A stretch of DNA of 64,000 nt, taken from NCBI GenBank assembly GCA_947628525.1, contig CANRAE010000001.1, forward strand, positions 22,584 through 86,583, in the 5' to 3' direction. This DNA is from an uncultured Bacilli bacterium (GTDB lineage: Bacteria; Bacillota_I; Bacilli_A; RF39; UBA660). A program made the position numbers and the translations under genes. Below the pieces are notes generated by a model. That model was not told the DNA's origin. It worked only from the letters and a program-made list of their open reading frames with translations, and did no database searches. Shown in pieces: positions 48,175 to 58,734 of this stretch (the stretch's first letter is position 1; every line of letters begins with the position of its first letter).

Positions 48175-49356
48175 CTATCTATTTATTATTTCTAATGTAT
48201 CCATGGCAATCATTAATTCTTCATCAGTTGGTACAACATAAACTAAGCAACTTGATTCATTACTACTTATTTTAGTTAATTTAGATCTAACATTATTAGC
48301 TTCTAGATCAATTTTTATTCCTAATGATGCTAATTTTTCAATAATACGTCTTCTAGTATGTGGACTATTTTCACCTATTCCAGCAGTAAAGCAAATGACA
48401 TCAACGCCACCTAATTCAACATAATATTGGGCAATATATTTAACAACTGAATTAACATACATTTCATCAGCTAGAATGCATTGTTCATCACCACTGTTGA
48501 CACCATCTTCTATATCTCTTGCATCACTACTTTTCATACTGATACCTAATAATCCTGATTTTTTATTAAAATCATTAATTACTTCACCAGCACTCTTACC
48601 TTCTTTTTCCATGATATAAGGAATTATTGAAGCATCAACATCACCACATCTTGTTCCCATCACAATACCAGCCAAAGGTGTAAATCCCATTGAAGTATCT
48701 ATGCATTTTCCATCTTTAATAGCAGTAATACTACCACCATTACCTAAATGGCAACTAATTATGCGCAAATCATCTCTTTTTAATTCTTCACTTATTTTTT
48801 TAGCAATATAGCGATGGCTTGTTCCATGGAAACCATATTTTCTAACACCATATTTAGTATACCATTCATATGGTACAGCATATAAATAATTTTCTTTTTC
48901 CATTGTTTGATGGAATGCTGTATCAAATACTGCTACCATAGGAGTTTTAGGTAAAACTTCTTGGAAAGCTTTAATTCCTAAAATATGGGCTGGATTATGT
49001 AAAGGTGCTAAATCACTAAGATTTAAAATATCTTCAATTACTTTATTAGTAATCATAACTGACTTACTATATTCCATTCCACCATGAACAATACGATGAC
49101 CAATACCATCTATTTCTTCTAAGCTATCAATAATTTTTAACTCAATTAATTTTTCAAGCAAAATTTTAACTGCATCAGTATGATTCTTTAATTCCACTTC
49201 CTCAGTAATTTTATAGTCTTGATATTTAATCACATACTTACTTCCTTCAATTCCTATTCGTTCAAATAAACCAGATACGAGTACTTCTTTACTATCCATT
49301 TCATATAAACTAAATTTTAAGGAACTACTTCCTGCATTAATTGACATTATTTTCAT
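48175..49356 (-). CDS. ackA: Acetate kinase
   Basis: MKIMSINAGSSSLKF...HRIVHGG...GFHGTSH. Confidence 0.95.
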   Translation of the reverse strand: MKIMSINAGSSSLKFSLYEMDSKEVLVSGLFERIGIEGSKYVIKYQDYKITEEVELKNHTDAVKILLEKLIELKIIDSLEEIDGIGHRIVHGGMEYSKSVMITNKVIEDILNLSDLAPLHNPAHILGIKAFQEVLPKTPMVAVFDTAFHQTMEKENYLYAVPYEWYTKYGVRKYGFHGTSHRYIAKKISEELKRDDLRIISCHLGNGGSITAIKDGKCIDTSMGFTPLAGIVMGTRCGDVDASIIPYIMEKEGKSAGEVINDFNKKSGLLGISMKSSDARDIEDGVNSGDEQCILADEMYVNSVVKYIAQYYVELGGVDVICFTAGIGENSPHTRRRIIEKLASLGIKIDLEANNVRSKLTKISSNESSCLVYVVPTDEELMIAMDTLEIINR

Positions 49357-49493
49357 TTTATATCCCTCTTCCTAATAAGTATATTTTAACACATAAAGTC
49401 TATCTTTGCTATGATTTTAAAGAAAAAAATAGCAGTTCTGCCATATATGTTGTTATTAAAAACATTTTTACTATGCTAAAAAGGGAACAACCA

Positions 49494-49524
49494 ACAAAAA
49501 AACTACCAACATAGTTGGCAGTTT
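49494..49524 (-). terminator. Rho-independent terminator after the SASP gene
   Basis: Stem AAACTACCAAC / GTTGGCAGTTT has one mismatch and a 3-nt loop. TTTTTTT follows on the minus strand. Confidence 0.6.
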
Positions 49525-49543
49525 CTATATCTATTAATTCAAA

Positions 49544-49759
49544 TTATTTGTTGTATCCTGAACTAATTTGGTTCATTCCACTACGAACTAATCTCTTTGT
49601 GATTTCACCACCAACAGATCCGTTTGCGCGTGAAGTTGTATCTGGTCCTAAGTTAACACCAAATTCATTAGCTATTTCATATTTCATTTTATCAATAGCT
49701 TGTTTTGCACCAGGAACGTGCATTTTCATTGAATCTTTACTGTTGTTCATTATTTTCAC
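49544..49759 (-). CDS. Small acid-soluble spore protein, alpha/beta type
   Basis: [33 protein letters not shown] is the conserved alpha/beta SASP core. Confidence 0.9.
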   Translation of the reverse strand: MKIMNNSKDSMKMHVPGAKQAIDKMKYEIANEFGVNLGPDTTSRANGSVGGEITKRLVRSGMNQISSGYNK

Positions 49760-49773
49760 CTCCTATACACTTA

Positions 49774-49802
49774 TAGAATGTGAAAATTTTAACAATTCAT
49801 GC
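49774..49802 (-). promoter_or_regulatory. Candidate forespore (sigma-G/F-type) promoter for the SASP gene
   Basis: The minus strand reads GCATG-17 nt-CATTCTA. The consensus as I recall it is GnATR-17/18-CAnnnTA. Confidence 0.45.
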
Positions 49803-49826
49803 ACTTTTTTTATTGGTAAATTCTAC

Positions 49827-51014
49827 CTATAACAAATCTTTAAATTTATTTTCTTCTTCATCTGTAATATCTATAACAATTCTTTCTTTAATAGCTTTAT
49901 CAATTAAAGTGTTATAATCAAAAGCTTCTTCAAATTTAATCGCATCATTTAAATTAGGATTAATAATTGGATGTTTGGGTACAAAAATAGTACAACAATC
50001 CTCATAAGGTAAAATACTTATATCATATGTATTTATTTTTTTAGCAATATCTATTATTTCTAATTTATCTAAACATGCGACTGGTCTAATAACTGGAAAA
50101 TTAGTAACATTATTAATAACATTCATACTCGTTAAAGTTTGACTTGCTACTTGTCCAATCGATTCACCATTTATAATTACTTGGGCTTTTTTTATTTTGG
50201 CTAATTTTTCCATTATACGATACATCATTCGACGCATAATAGTAATACAATACGTAGGATCTATATTTTTATAAATAGATTCTTGTATTTCGGTAAAAGG
50301 AATAATATGCAATTGAATTTTATTAGTATATTTAACTAATTTTTTTGATAAAGCAATTACCTTATTTCTTGCTTCAATACTAGTATGAGGAATAGCTTCA
50401 AAATACACAGCTTCTAGTATTATTCCTCTTTTTAAAGCAAGATATCCCGCAACTGGTGAATCAATTCCCCCACTAAGCATAAGCATTCCTTTGCCAAGCG
50501 TCCCATTAGGGTAGCCACCTAATCCTTTATATTTATTAAAATAAATATAAGTATAATCTTTTCTTATTTCGATATTAACTAAAAGATCGGGATTATGAAC
50601 ATCAACTTTTTTATTATTAAAATTTTTTAAAATTAATCCCCCAATATGTTTAGAAAAATCTAAACTTTGAATAGGAAAAGCTTTATCACTTCTTTTAGTT
50701 TCTACTTTAAAAGTATTAAATTTTTCATCAGGTAATACTTGAAGAATAGTCTTATTAATAGTTTCTATATCAGTATTAATTTTATAAGCAACAACATATT
50801 CATGAATGCCAAAGATATTATTAATTCGTTCTAATATCATCTTTAAATTATGATCACTAAATTCAATATACATTCTAGATATATCTTTATAAATATTAAC
50901 ATCTAAACCATTAAGTTTATTTTGAATATTTTTATATAAAGTATTAATAAAATAATTAATATTACCTTTTTTAGTAGATAACTCTCCGTATTTTATCATT
51001 ATTACTCTTTCCAT
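49827..51014 (-). CDS. thiI: tRNA 4-thiouridine synthase ThiI
   Basis: N-terminal ferredoxin-like/THUMP region and PP-loop SGGIDSPVAGY. No C-terminal rhodanese domain. Confidence 0.9.
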   Translation of the reverse strand: MERVIMIKYGELSTKKGNINYFINTLYKNIQNKLNGLDVNIYKDISRMYIEFSDHNLKMILERINNIFGIHEYVVAYKINTDIETINKTILQVLPDEKFNTFKVETKRSDKAFPIQSLDFSKHIGGLILKNFNNKKVDVHNPDLLVNIEIRKDYTYIYFNKYKGLGGYPNGTLGKGMLMLSGGIDSPVAGYLALKRGIILEAVYFEAIPHTSIEARNKVIALSKKLVKYTNKIQLHIIPFTEIQESIYKNIDPTYCITIMRRMMYRIMEKLAKIKKAQVIINGESIGQVASQTLTSMNVINNVTNFPVIRPVACLDKLEIIDIAKKINTYDISILPYEDCCTIFVPKHPIINPNLNDAIKFEEAFDYNTLIDKAIKERIVIDITDEEENKFKDLL

Positions 51015-51079
51015 ATTATTATCTCCTAATCCTTTATTTTTATTAATTATATTTCTAATTAAAAATAGGTATTATCTAC

Positions 51080-53194
51080 CTATTTTAACGTTCCTTCTTC
51101 AATTACTTGTGATTCATCAGCTTGTTCTTGGTTGCCTTTGGCAATTAAATCATAAACAATTATTGAATTTGAAACATTTAAAAGCCTATCAGCATAATTG
51201 TTACATTCTGTAATATATTCTTCGGTTATAACGGCATCTTTTAAAGTCATATATTCAACTTTTTGACTATTATAATATACATAATTAGTTACCCAATTAC
51301 CTGTTGGGAACACTACAATATTATCAGAACCAACATTAAATATATCTCTACCCAAAGCATATTTATTAGAAATACCTAGCATATTACCTAGTGTTGGTTG
51401 AACATCGTACATTCCCATGACATTAGAATTAACGCCTTTATATTTACCATCCTTAGACCAAATAATAAATGGTACTTTTCTATTTAATTCATATTGATAA
51501 CTATTAAAATCAACATAGTTAGGAGAAGAGGCATCTAAAACGCCATCTGTTTCTTTATCGTAACTATACATTTTTTGAAAATCTTCTTTTGGAAGTCTAG
51601 CATCATGATCACCATATAATACAATAATGGTATTATCTAATATACCAGCTTCATCTAATTCATTAATAAATTCACCTAAAGCTTCATCAGCATAATGCAC
51701 TGATTTTAAATAACGTCCTAATTTGGTATTTTCTAAGTATGGATAAGTTACTTCTTCATAATGTCCTAATTCTTCATTATATTCATTTACTTTTAAACTA
51801 ACATCAAAATCACTATATACACCATATTTATCTTTAAAAGGTGTATGATTAGTAAGAGTAATTGCTGTACCAAAGAAATGTTCATTATTAGCAGCTATTT
51901 CTTTAATTTTTTCCACAGATTGGTGGAAAAAAGATTTATCCGAAATACCTAAGCCCTTAACATCATCAATATCATAATCAACTTTTGAATAGAATTTATC
52001 ATAACCAATAGCTTTATACATTAATCTTCTATTCCAATAATCAGCATTATTACCATGCATAGAAAAAGTATAATATCCTTTTTCTTGTAATAATTTTTGA
52101 GTAGTTACATAAGTGCGATCATAATAACTACCAAAAGCTGTACCACTATTGGAAGGCATCAATGAAGTACTAAATGTAAATTCACTATCACTACTAGTAC
52201 CTACACTTACTTGGGAATAAAAATTATCAAAATATAAACCACTGTTAGCCAATTTATTTAAATTTGGTGTTAATTCTTGACCATTAAATTTTAAACCAAT
52301 AACAAAATTTTGAATGCTTTCGGCATGAATAACAATGACATTTTTACCTTCATATATTCCTGTATATTTATTCGTTTTTTCAGGAACATAATCTTGAAAA
52401 TATTCTTTATAAGTACGCATTGCTTCATCATACCCAAAAAGTGATGTTATTTTTGGTTCAATACTTTTAAATAAATCATTTAAATGATAAGTATATATAC
52501 CATATTTCATTACAATATATTCACGATTCCATTGTTTTACTAAACGTCCTATATCAGTTGAAGTTAATGTTGTAGAAAAGACTATTGCACAAGCAACACC
52601 TATAACTAACATTTTTAAAGCTCTTGGTCGATCTTTATAATCACTTCTAGTAACTTTATTACTTTTATATTTACGGATACAAATTACTAACATAATGATA
52701 GGCATTAATAAGTAAACAAAATCTCGTGGTTTTAATACATTATCAACCACTGCATCCCCTACTTGACCTATAAATTTTATTGTTGATATTAAAGAAATAG
52801 AAGCAAACGATGTATAAAAGGTATAATATGATGAATTAATCATACAAAGAGCTGTTAAGATACAAGTTGCAACAAAATAATAGACTAAACGTCCTACTTT
52901 TTTAAACAAAAAACCAAATGATCCTAAAATAACGACAAAAGCAAAGTCAGCTAACAATGGTTGAAAAGCAAAAAAATTGCTTGCATTATTCATCGTTAAC
53001 ATTCTTAATAAAAAAGCATTAATAACATTTAAAACAACAAAAACCCAAAAAATCATATTTTCCGTTACATTTTTTTTAATATTTTTACATAACTTTAATA
53101 TATATTTTCCAGGATTTAAAACAATTCTTTTCAAAAAATTTAATAATTTATTACCTTCATTATTTTGGCTTTTTATTCTTTTTACCATAAACAA
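51080..53194 (-). CDS. ltaS: Lipoteichoic acid synthase family protein (LtaS-type sulfatase)
   Basis: Five N-terminal TM helices plus an extracellular sulfatase domain (VIHAESIQNF, GTSSDSEF, YGDHD). Confidence 0.85.
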   Translation of the reverse strand: MFMVKRIKSQNNEGNKLLNFLKRIVLNPGKYILKLCKNIKKNVTENMIFWVFVVLNVINAFLLRMLTMNNASNFFAFQPLLADFAFVVILGSFGFLFKKVGRLVYYFVATCILTALCMINSSYYTFYTSFASISLISTIKFIGQVGDAVVDNVLKPRDFVYLLMPIIMLVICIRKYKSNKVTRSDYKDRPRALKMLVIGVACAIVFSTTLTSTDIGRLVKQWNREYIVMKYGIYTYHLNDLFKSIEPKITSLFGYDEAMRTYKEYFQDYVPEKTNKYTGIYEGKNVIVIHAESIQNFVIGLKFNGQELTPNLNKLANSGLYFDNFYSQVSVGTSSDSEFTFSTSLMPSNSGTAFGSYYDRTYVTTQKLLQEKGYYTFSMHGNNADYWNRRLMYKAIGYDKFYSKVDYDIDDVKGLGISDKSFFHQSVEKIKEIAANNEHFFGTAITLTNHTPFKDKYGVYSDFDVSLKVNEYNEELGHYEEVTYPYLENTKLGRYLKSVHYADEALGEFINELDEAGILDNTIIVLYGDHDARLPKEDFQKMYSYDKETDGVLDASSPNYVDFNSYQYELNRKVPFIIWSKDGKYKGVNSNVMGMYDVQPTLGNMLGISNKYALGRDIFNVGSDNIVVFPTGNWVTNYVYYNSQKVEYMTLKDAVITEEYITECNNYADRLLNVSNSIIVYDLIAKGNQEQADESQVIEEGTLK

Positions 53195-53267
53195 AACCTC
53201 ACTTATTACATTATAGCACTTCTATTATTTTTTTACAAATCGTTCTATAAAAATGACAAAATTGTAA

Positions 53268-54230
53268 CTACTGTAAAGGTTGAAAAGATAAATACTTTAT
53301 TTTTGAATTATCAGCATTATTGATCACATTTTTGGCATATTCACATGATTCATTTAAATTATTTTTCTGATCACCTAATAATAAATTAGTAACATCAATA
53401 ATATTATTTAAATATTTTTTGGTTGCTTGTTGTTCTAACTGATCGATTATTAATCCATGAGCAGCTTGATATAGGCATGATCCTAATTGCCTCTTAGCAC
53501 AATTAGATACCTTTTGCATATCTTCTTGTGATACAAGCATCATATCAATAGCACTAGAAAAATATTTAATTTTATAAGCGTTGATTAATTCATTAAAATC
53601 ATTTTTATTATATTCTAATTGTAATAAAGGAAAGCCATAATAAAGGTCTTCTATTTCAGAAAAGTTATTGTTTATCAGTAATTGCTCTATATTTTTAGAA
53701 AGATATGACAAAACATATTTGCACCAAATTAAATTATTTTTTAAAGAGTGATCTTGTGTTTTTTTGATTTGACTAGTCAAATAATATAAATATCCTTCTT
53801 CTATATCATCGTCGATTAAATCATTAGCTTTTTCTAATCGATCATCTTTAATACTATGTTTAATAGTAGCACGATAAGCTTCTTGAAAAGTTAAGATTAA
53901 ACGATGAGGTTCGACTAAATATCGATATGCTATAAACTCACTAGATAATTCTATTTTCAAAGGATTACTTTTTTCAACATTAGGTTCATGTACTATTCGT
54001 CCTAATAATTCTGTAATTTTTCTAGGATTTAATTCTAATTCTTTATATAAATATTCTTCACGTAAAATAAGTGATTTTAAATGATCAACTGAATTCTTAT
54101 AAATGACAGAATCTTTTAAATTATCGCGTTCGATTGAAAACAATTTGTCATAAACAAGAAAAATATTATGATCAGTATGCATTATTTCTTTATATATATT
54201 AAGATCTTTTTTACTATAACTTTCTGCCAT
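53268..54230 (-). CDS. Hypothetical helical cytoplasmic protein (320 aa), paralogue of its upstream neighbour
   Basis: GGAGG RBS. It shares blocks with the 54246-55268 product, for example EEYLYKELELNPRKITEL vs EDELYQKLNLTPEKAASI. Confidence 0.6.
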   Translation of the reverse strand: MAESYSKKDLNIYKEIMHTDHNIFLVYDKLFSIERDNLKDSVIYKNSVDHLKSLILREEYLYKELELNPRKITELLGRIVHEPNVEKSNPLKIELSSEFIAYRYLVEPHRLILTFQEAYRATIKHSIKDDRLEKANDLIDDDIEEGYLYYLTSQIKKTQDHSLKNNLIWCKYVLSYLSKNIEQLLINNNFSEIEDLYYGFPLLQLEYNKNDFNELINAYKIKYFSSAIDMMLVSQEDMQKVSNCAKRQLGSCLYQAAHGLIIDQLEQQATKKYLNNIIDVTNLLLGDQKNNLNESCEYAKNVINNADNSKIKYLSFQPLQ

Positions 54231-54245
54231 TTAATACCTCCTATA

Positions 54246-55268
54246 TTATTTCATTGAGTAATAATAAACTTTGGATCTATCTTGTTCAAAATTACTTAAA
54301 TCATCATTAATAGCTCCTACGGATTTTACTATACTATTATATTCATTTGCATCAACATTATAAAATTCATGTTCATATATATTATGCCAATCCTCACGAA
54401 TGCCCATTATTTCTTCATTATTATTCAAAACTACTAAACATCCTCTTAAATGAGAACTCATTAAATTTTGCTTAACTTTTTCAATTAGTGATTTAGTAAA
54501 TTGGCGATCAGGCACAATACGTTTCGCCATATTCTTAGAAATTCCATCAAGATAATAAGTAGATTTAATTGAGTCCATTACATCTTTGGAAAGATTTAAC
54601 GTTTGACCACAAAGATCGGAACTAAGTATTAGCTGATTTAAAGTAAAATTATCATCTAATAACGTATTTTCCACATCTTGGTCCAAAAAAGCCAATAACA
54701 TTTTAGCCCTAAATAAATGTGGTAATATTTGGTCATCTTCCATATCTTCTAAATAAGCAATATTTTCTTCATTAAAATATAAAAAACTATTTATTTCATC
54801 TAATTTCAAGCTATTAGAATATTTATATGCATTAATGGCTTCTTCAATTCTTAATCGAAGTTCTTGTTTATCTATTCCTTGTTTTTTCTCATAATCACAA
54901 ACTTCTTTTGATAAAAACCAAATATCAGCTTTACTAGCAATTTTTTTAGTAATACGCATTAAAATAAATTCTTGATCAGCACGATCTTCTAAAACCATAG
55001 GTACTATATCTTGATCATTTAATTTTAATGTTTTATAAATAGAAGCAGCTTTTTCTGGCGTTAAATTAAGTTTTTGATATAATTCATCTTCTATTTTTTT
55101 ATTGTTTTTTAAAGTTTCTTGCATTTCCAAAAAAAGTAATGATTCTTGACCATTATTAAGCCAAGTTTCCATAATCATTTTTTGATATAAATTAAATATA
55201 TCAATTGTAGCATTTTCGATTTGTTTTATTATTTGTGCATCACTACTATTTATATAATATTTTTCCAT
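54246..55268 (-). CDS. Hypothetical helical cytoplasmic protein (340 aa)
   Basis: AGGGGG RBS. No signal peptide or TM helix, and no family recognised. Confidence 0.6.
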   Translation of the reverse strand: MEKYYINSSDAQIIKQIENATIDIFNLYQKMIMETWLNNGQESLLFLEMQETLKNNKKIEDELYQKLNLTPEKAASIYKTLKLNDQDIVPMVLEDRADQEFILMRITKKIASKADIWFLSKEVCDYEKKQGIDKQELRLRIEEAINAYKYSNSLKLDEINSFLYFNEENIAYLEDMEDDQILPHLFRAKMLLAFLDQDVENTLLDDNFTLNQLILSSDLCGQTLNLSKDVMDSIKSTYYLDGISKNMAKRIVPDRQFTKSLIEKVKQNLMSSHLRGCLVVLNNNEEIMGIREDWHNIYEHEFYNVDANEYNSIVKSVGAINDDLSNFEQDRSKVYYYSMK

Positions 55269-55338
55269 CTATTATACCCCCTTTAAAATGTGTGTTTATT
55301 ATAACGCTAATTATTAAAAAAAGCAAGAAAAAACGAGA

Positions 55339-56160
55339 TTATTTCTCGCTTGTTAATTGGTACTTAGTAACATTTAAACCTATGCCCAAGACAAAAATAT
55401 AGGCCAAAAGATAAATCCACCACATTAATACTAATAAATTGGAAATACTACCATATAAGTTACTGTAATTAGAAAAATTTTCTACATACAATGAATAAAG
55501 TTGAGTAACTAAAACCCAAGAAATACTTGTAAAAGCAGCCCCATAATTAACTTCACTTTTTTTAATCCGCATATCTGGTGCCATAATATATAAAAGCTTT
55601 ATAGCTAGGAAAACTAGCAAGAAAGATAAAGGAAATTTCAATAAATTATAAGTAAAAATAATGAAAGCATTTAACTCTTTGGAATGAAACAATGCTGTTA
55701 TAAGCTCCATAATCATATCACCAAATACCGGAATTAAAAACATAAATAGTAAAAGAATAACTAAGACAAACATCATGATTACTGATTTACCTTTTCTTGC
55801 TATATAACTACGATCTTTAATATTATACATTTTATTAGAAGCTATAATCATAGAATGAGTACCATTAGAAGCTAAAACAATCGCTGAAATAAAGAAAATA
55901 ATAGCATTCGTATTAGCTGATGTATTTTTAGATAGAGTATCTACTATTCCTATTAAAGCATCTGGTATATTAGACACAATTAATTCATTAATAAAACTAG
56001 ATGACAAATTTATTTTAGAAAAAATACTTATGAACAATGCTAATAAAGGAATTAAAGTCAAAAGAAAAAAGAACGAAAGCTGACCAGGCAATATTAACAT
56101 TTCTGGCTTAGTAATATTTTGTACTAACCTATTAATCAAAACTTTAATTCTTTTTTTCAT
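55339..56160 (-). CDS. YihY/BrkB family membrane protein
   Basis: 273 aa with 6 TM helices. The N-terminal LILPGQLSFFFLLTLIPLL is typical of the family. Confidence 0.7.
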   Translation of the reverse strand: MKKRIKVLINRLVQNITKPEMLILPGQLSFFFLLTLIPLLALFISIFSKINLSSSFINELIVSNIPDALIGIVDTLSKNTSANTNAIIFFISAIVLASNGTHSMIIASNKMYNIKDRSYIARKGKSVIMMFVLVILLLFMFLIPVFGDMIMELITALFHSKELNAFIIFTYNLLKFPLSFLLVFLAIKLLYIMAPDMRIKKSEVNYGAAFTSISWVLVTQLYSLYVENFSNYSNLYGSISNLLVLMWWIYLLAYIFVLGIGLNVTKYQLTSEK

Positions 56161-56172
56161 TTTAATCTTCCC

Positions 56173-58212
56173 TTATATCTTATATTCTTCTTTATTAGTG
56201 CGCATTTCCATAGTTGCCTCATTGATAGCATCATCAATGGTCTTAATATCATCCGTAATCATACTATAACCTACGGCAGCACCAAATTCATATGGTAAAG
56301 TTTTAAATTCTTTACTTAATTTCTTAGTATATGTTGATACTTGTTGTTCACTATAACCAACTAAATATATCAAAAATTCATTACCATCTGTCCTAATAAT
56401 TTCGGTATTTTCAAGTTGGGTGCTTACTAAAATACTAGCAGCTTTAATAATCAATTTATCGCCTGCTTCATGTCCATAGTTATCATTAACATATTTAACA
56501 TTATTTAAATCTATTATAACAATAGCTTGTGGATATTTTTTAGAAGCATTCCATGTTTTAATATTAAAATTCAAGTAATTTCTATTTTTTAACGATGTTA
56601 ACATATCTGTATATTTTTTACGTTCTTCTTTTCTTACCGCTTTGACTTTTTTCTTTCTCTTAAAAATAATATACACAAATGCTAAGAAAATCAAAGGTAT
56701 AAAAATTAGTGATAAAATAATTATATATAATTCTTCAAACGTAAAGCGATCTAAGAATGAAACATTCAAACTATTTAATCCAGCATTACGATAACGATAA
56801 TAAGAATTAGTATTAATTATATAATTAAATAAATTATAGAACGCATCATTATGATTTTTAATCATAAAATTATAATCATTAGTCATTATACCAGTATATA
56901 AAACTTCATAATCTTTAAATTTACTATTTTTATATAAATTATAAATCTCTTTATCAATAATTAAGGCTTCATTAGAACTTCCTTCTAATAAATCATTTAA
57001 ATTATCAAATGGTACTAAACTAGCCTTACTATTATCTCTAAAATAATGATATAGAGCATTATCATTGACAATACTTGCCTTTATACCCTTTAAAGCTTCA
57101 AAAGAATTTATTACATAGCCATTCTCTGGTTTAGATAAAACCACATATTCCTCTACAAAGGTTGAAGCAGTAGCTTTATAATTATCATTTTCATAATTAT
57201 AATAATTAAAATAGATATCTACTTTGCCACTATCAATAGCTTTTTTTAATTCTTCAATCGTATCATACTTTTGATATGTAAAATCAATACCAGTAAGTCT
57301 TTTAATACGATTAATATATTCACCAGCAATACCTTCTACTTCGGAATCAATTGTTTTTTCATAAGGAGCATTTTCAATATAACCATAAACATAGTTTTTA
57401 GATAGCAAATCAGCTCTTGTTTTATCATTAATATTATTTTCTGAAATATAATAATTTAATAAATCTTCATTATAATAATTAACATAATGTTTATCTTTCC
57501 AATTCTCATAATACTTCTTAACAATTTGATCTAATTTAGTATTGTCATTACTTAATGATAATACTATTTTTTTATTCATTTCTGCCAAAGTATAAGTAAT
57601 AACATACTCATCACTAGCAAGAGTTTGATCCAAATACATAATATTAGGTATAATAATCATATCTACATTATCTGTATCAAGGGCACTTGTTAATTCATCT
57701 ATAGTACTATAAGGACGATAAGTTATATTACTACCTGTTTTTAAATAATAACTTATTTCACCAACATCATCAGTAAAAACACCTACTGTAACGTTTTTGA
57801 TATCTGTAACACGATTTATTTTCATTTGGTTTTTACTAATTGCTACATATACATCTTCAGCTAATAATAAATCTTTTTCTGATAAATTCTCTTCATTGTT
57901 TAAAACTCTAAAACGTAAGCCATTACCCGTAGGTGTACCAGTTTTAAGATAAGGGATTACATTCAAATCAAGTTTAGTATCTTCTTCAAAATCATTTACA
58001 AATTGATAGAAAACTCCATTATTACCATAAACAGGATAATTACTTATTAATTCTAAATCAATAACTGTTGATAAATTATCTTCGATCCATCTACGATCAC
58101 TTACCGTAAGAGCATTACTATCTTCTTTATTAAAATAATAATATAAAGATAGAAAAACAATAACCGCTATTAAAATAGGTACTAATATTATTACTTTTTT
58201 ATTTATTTTCAT
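56173..58212 (-). CDS. Membrane sensor: two extracytoplasmic SBP_bac_3-like domains, a TM helix and a GGDEF-family domain with a degenerate DGNEF motif
   Basis: The C-terminal domain reads IVIIDLNNVKYVNDNYGHEAGDKLI...IIRTDGNEFLIYL. The DGNEF codons at 56374-56388 were verified in the DNA (GAT GGT AAT GAA TTT). Confidence 0.75.
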   Translation of the reverse strand: MKINKKVIILVPILIAVIVFLSLYYYFNKEDSNALTVSDRRWIEDNLSTVIDLELISNYPVYGNNGVFYQFVNDFEEDTKLDLNVIPYLKTGTPTGNGLRFRVLNNEENLSEKDLLLAEDVYVAISKNQMKINRVTDIKNVTVGVFTDDVGEISYYLKTGSNITYRPYSTIDELTSALDTDNVDMIIIPNIMYLDQTLASDEYVITYTLAEMNKKIVLSLSNDNTKLDQIVKKYYENWKDKHYVNYYNEDLLNYYISENNINDKTRADLLSKNYVYGYIENAPYEKTIDSEVEGIAGEYINRIKRLTGIDFTYQKYDTIEELKKAIDSGKVDIYFNYYNYENDNYKATASTFVEEYVVLSKPENGYVINSFEALKGIKASIVNDNALYHYFRDNSKASLVPFDNLNDLLEGSSNEALIIDKEIYNLYKNSKFKDYEVLYTGIMTNDYNFMIKNHNDAFYNLFNYIINTNSYYRYRNAGLNSLNVSFLDRFTFEELYIIILSLIFIPLIFLAFVYIIFKRKKKVKAVRKEERKKYTDMLTSLKNRNYLNFNIKTWNASKKYPQAIVIIDLNNVKYVNDNYGHEAGDKLIIKAASILVSTQLENTEIIRTDGNEFLIYLVGYSEQQVSTYTKKLSKEFKTLPYEFGAAVGYSMITDDIKTIDDAINEATMEMRTNKEEYKI

Positions 58213-58678
58213 CTTTTACCACCGCTCTATCCTTGGTCCAAGTAAAGCCACTTTTACCATTTTGCTTGTAACCTATAATTGGAAAATCATTTAATTCCGC
58301 ATTATTTTTTTTAACAAATACTTGAATATCATAAAATTCTAATTGTTCTTTATCAAAATGTTTTAATACTGTTTCAGATATTTTTTTGGCATTTTCTTTG
58401 GTTTCTTCATCAGTAACGGTAATAATAATATTAACTATTTTACCTTTGCAATCAGTAGAAGCATCAGTAACAGTTTTATTTTCTTTTAAAGATTTAACTA
58501 TTTGTTTATATGTATCATCACTAATTCTTACCTCTTCGATACCATCAAGTCTGTTACCATATGCTTCTTTTCTACCACTGCTAAAAAACAAATTATATAT
58601 ATAAGCTCCAATAAAAACTAAAACCACAAAAATAACAATAATAAACACCGTCAATTTATTCTTTTTTATATATTTCAT
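58199..58678 (-). CDS. Membrane-anchored extracytoplasmic protein, unknown function
   Basis: The start at 58678 (MKYIKKNKL) follows GGAGG. It has a single N-terminal TM helix and overlaps the sensor gene start by 14 nt. Confidence 0.55.
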   Translation of the reverse strand: MKYIKKNKLTVFIIVIFVVLVFIGAYIYNLFFSSGRKEAYGNRLDGIEEVRISDDTYKQIVKSLKENKTVTDASTDCKGKIVNIIITVTDEETKENAKKISETVLKHFDKEQLEFYDIQVFVKKNNAELNDFPIIGYKQNGKSGFTWTKDRAVVKDENK

Positions 58679-58734
58679 ATTGATACCTCCAATAATATCA
58701 TTATACACCATGACCCTTTATTAATCAAATAATG

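Noticed and set aside
49357-49543. CcpA cre site upstream of ackA
   Set aside because: No match to the TGWAANCGNTNWCA core was seen on either strand, and the interval lacks the central CG.
49515-49832. 105-aa plus-strand ORF covering the SASP gene
   Set aside because: The minus-strand frame encodes a textbook alpha/beta SASP with its own promoter-like element and terminator. The plus frame has no RBS or motif.
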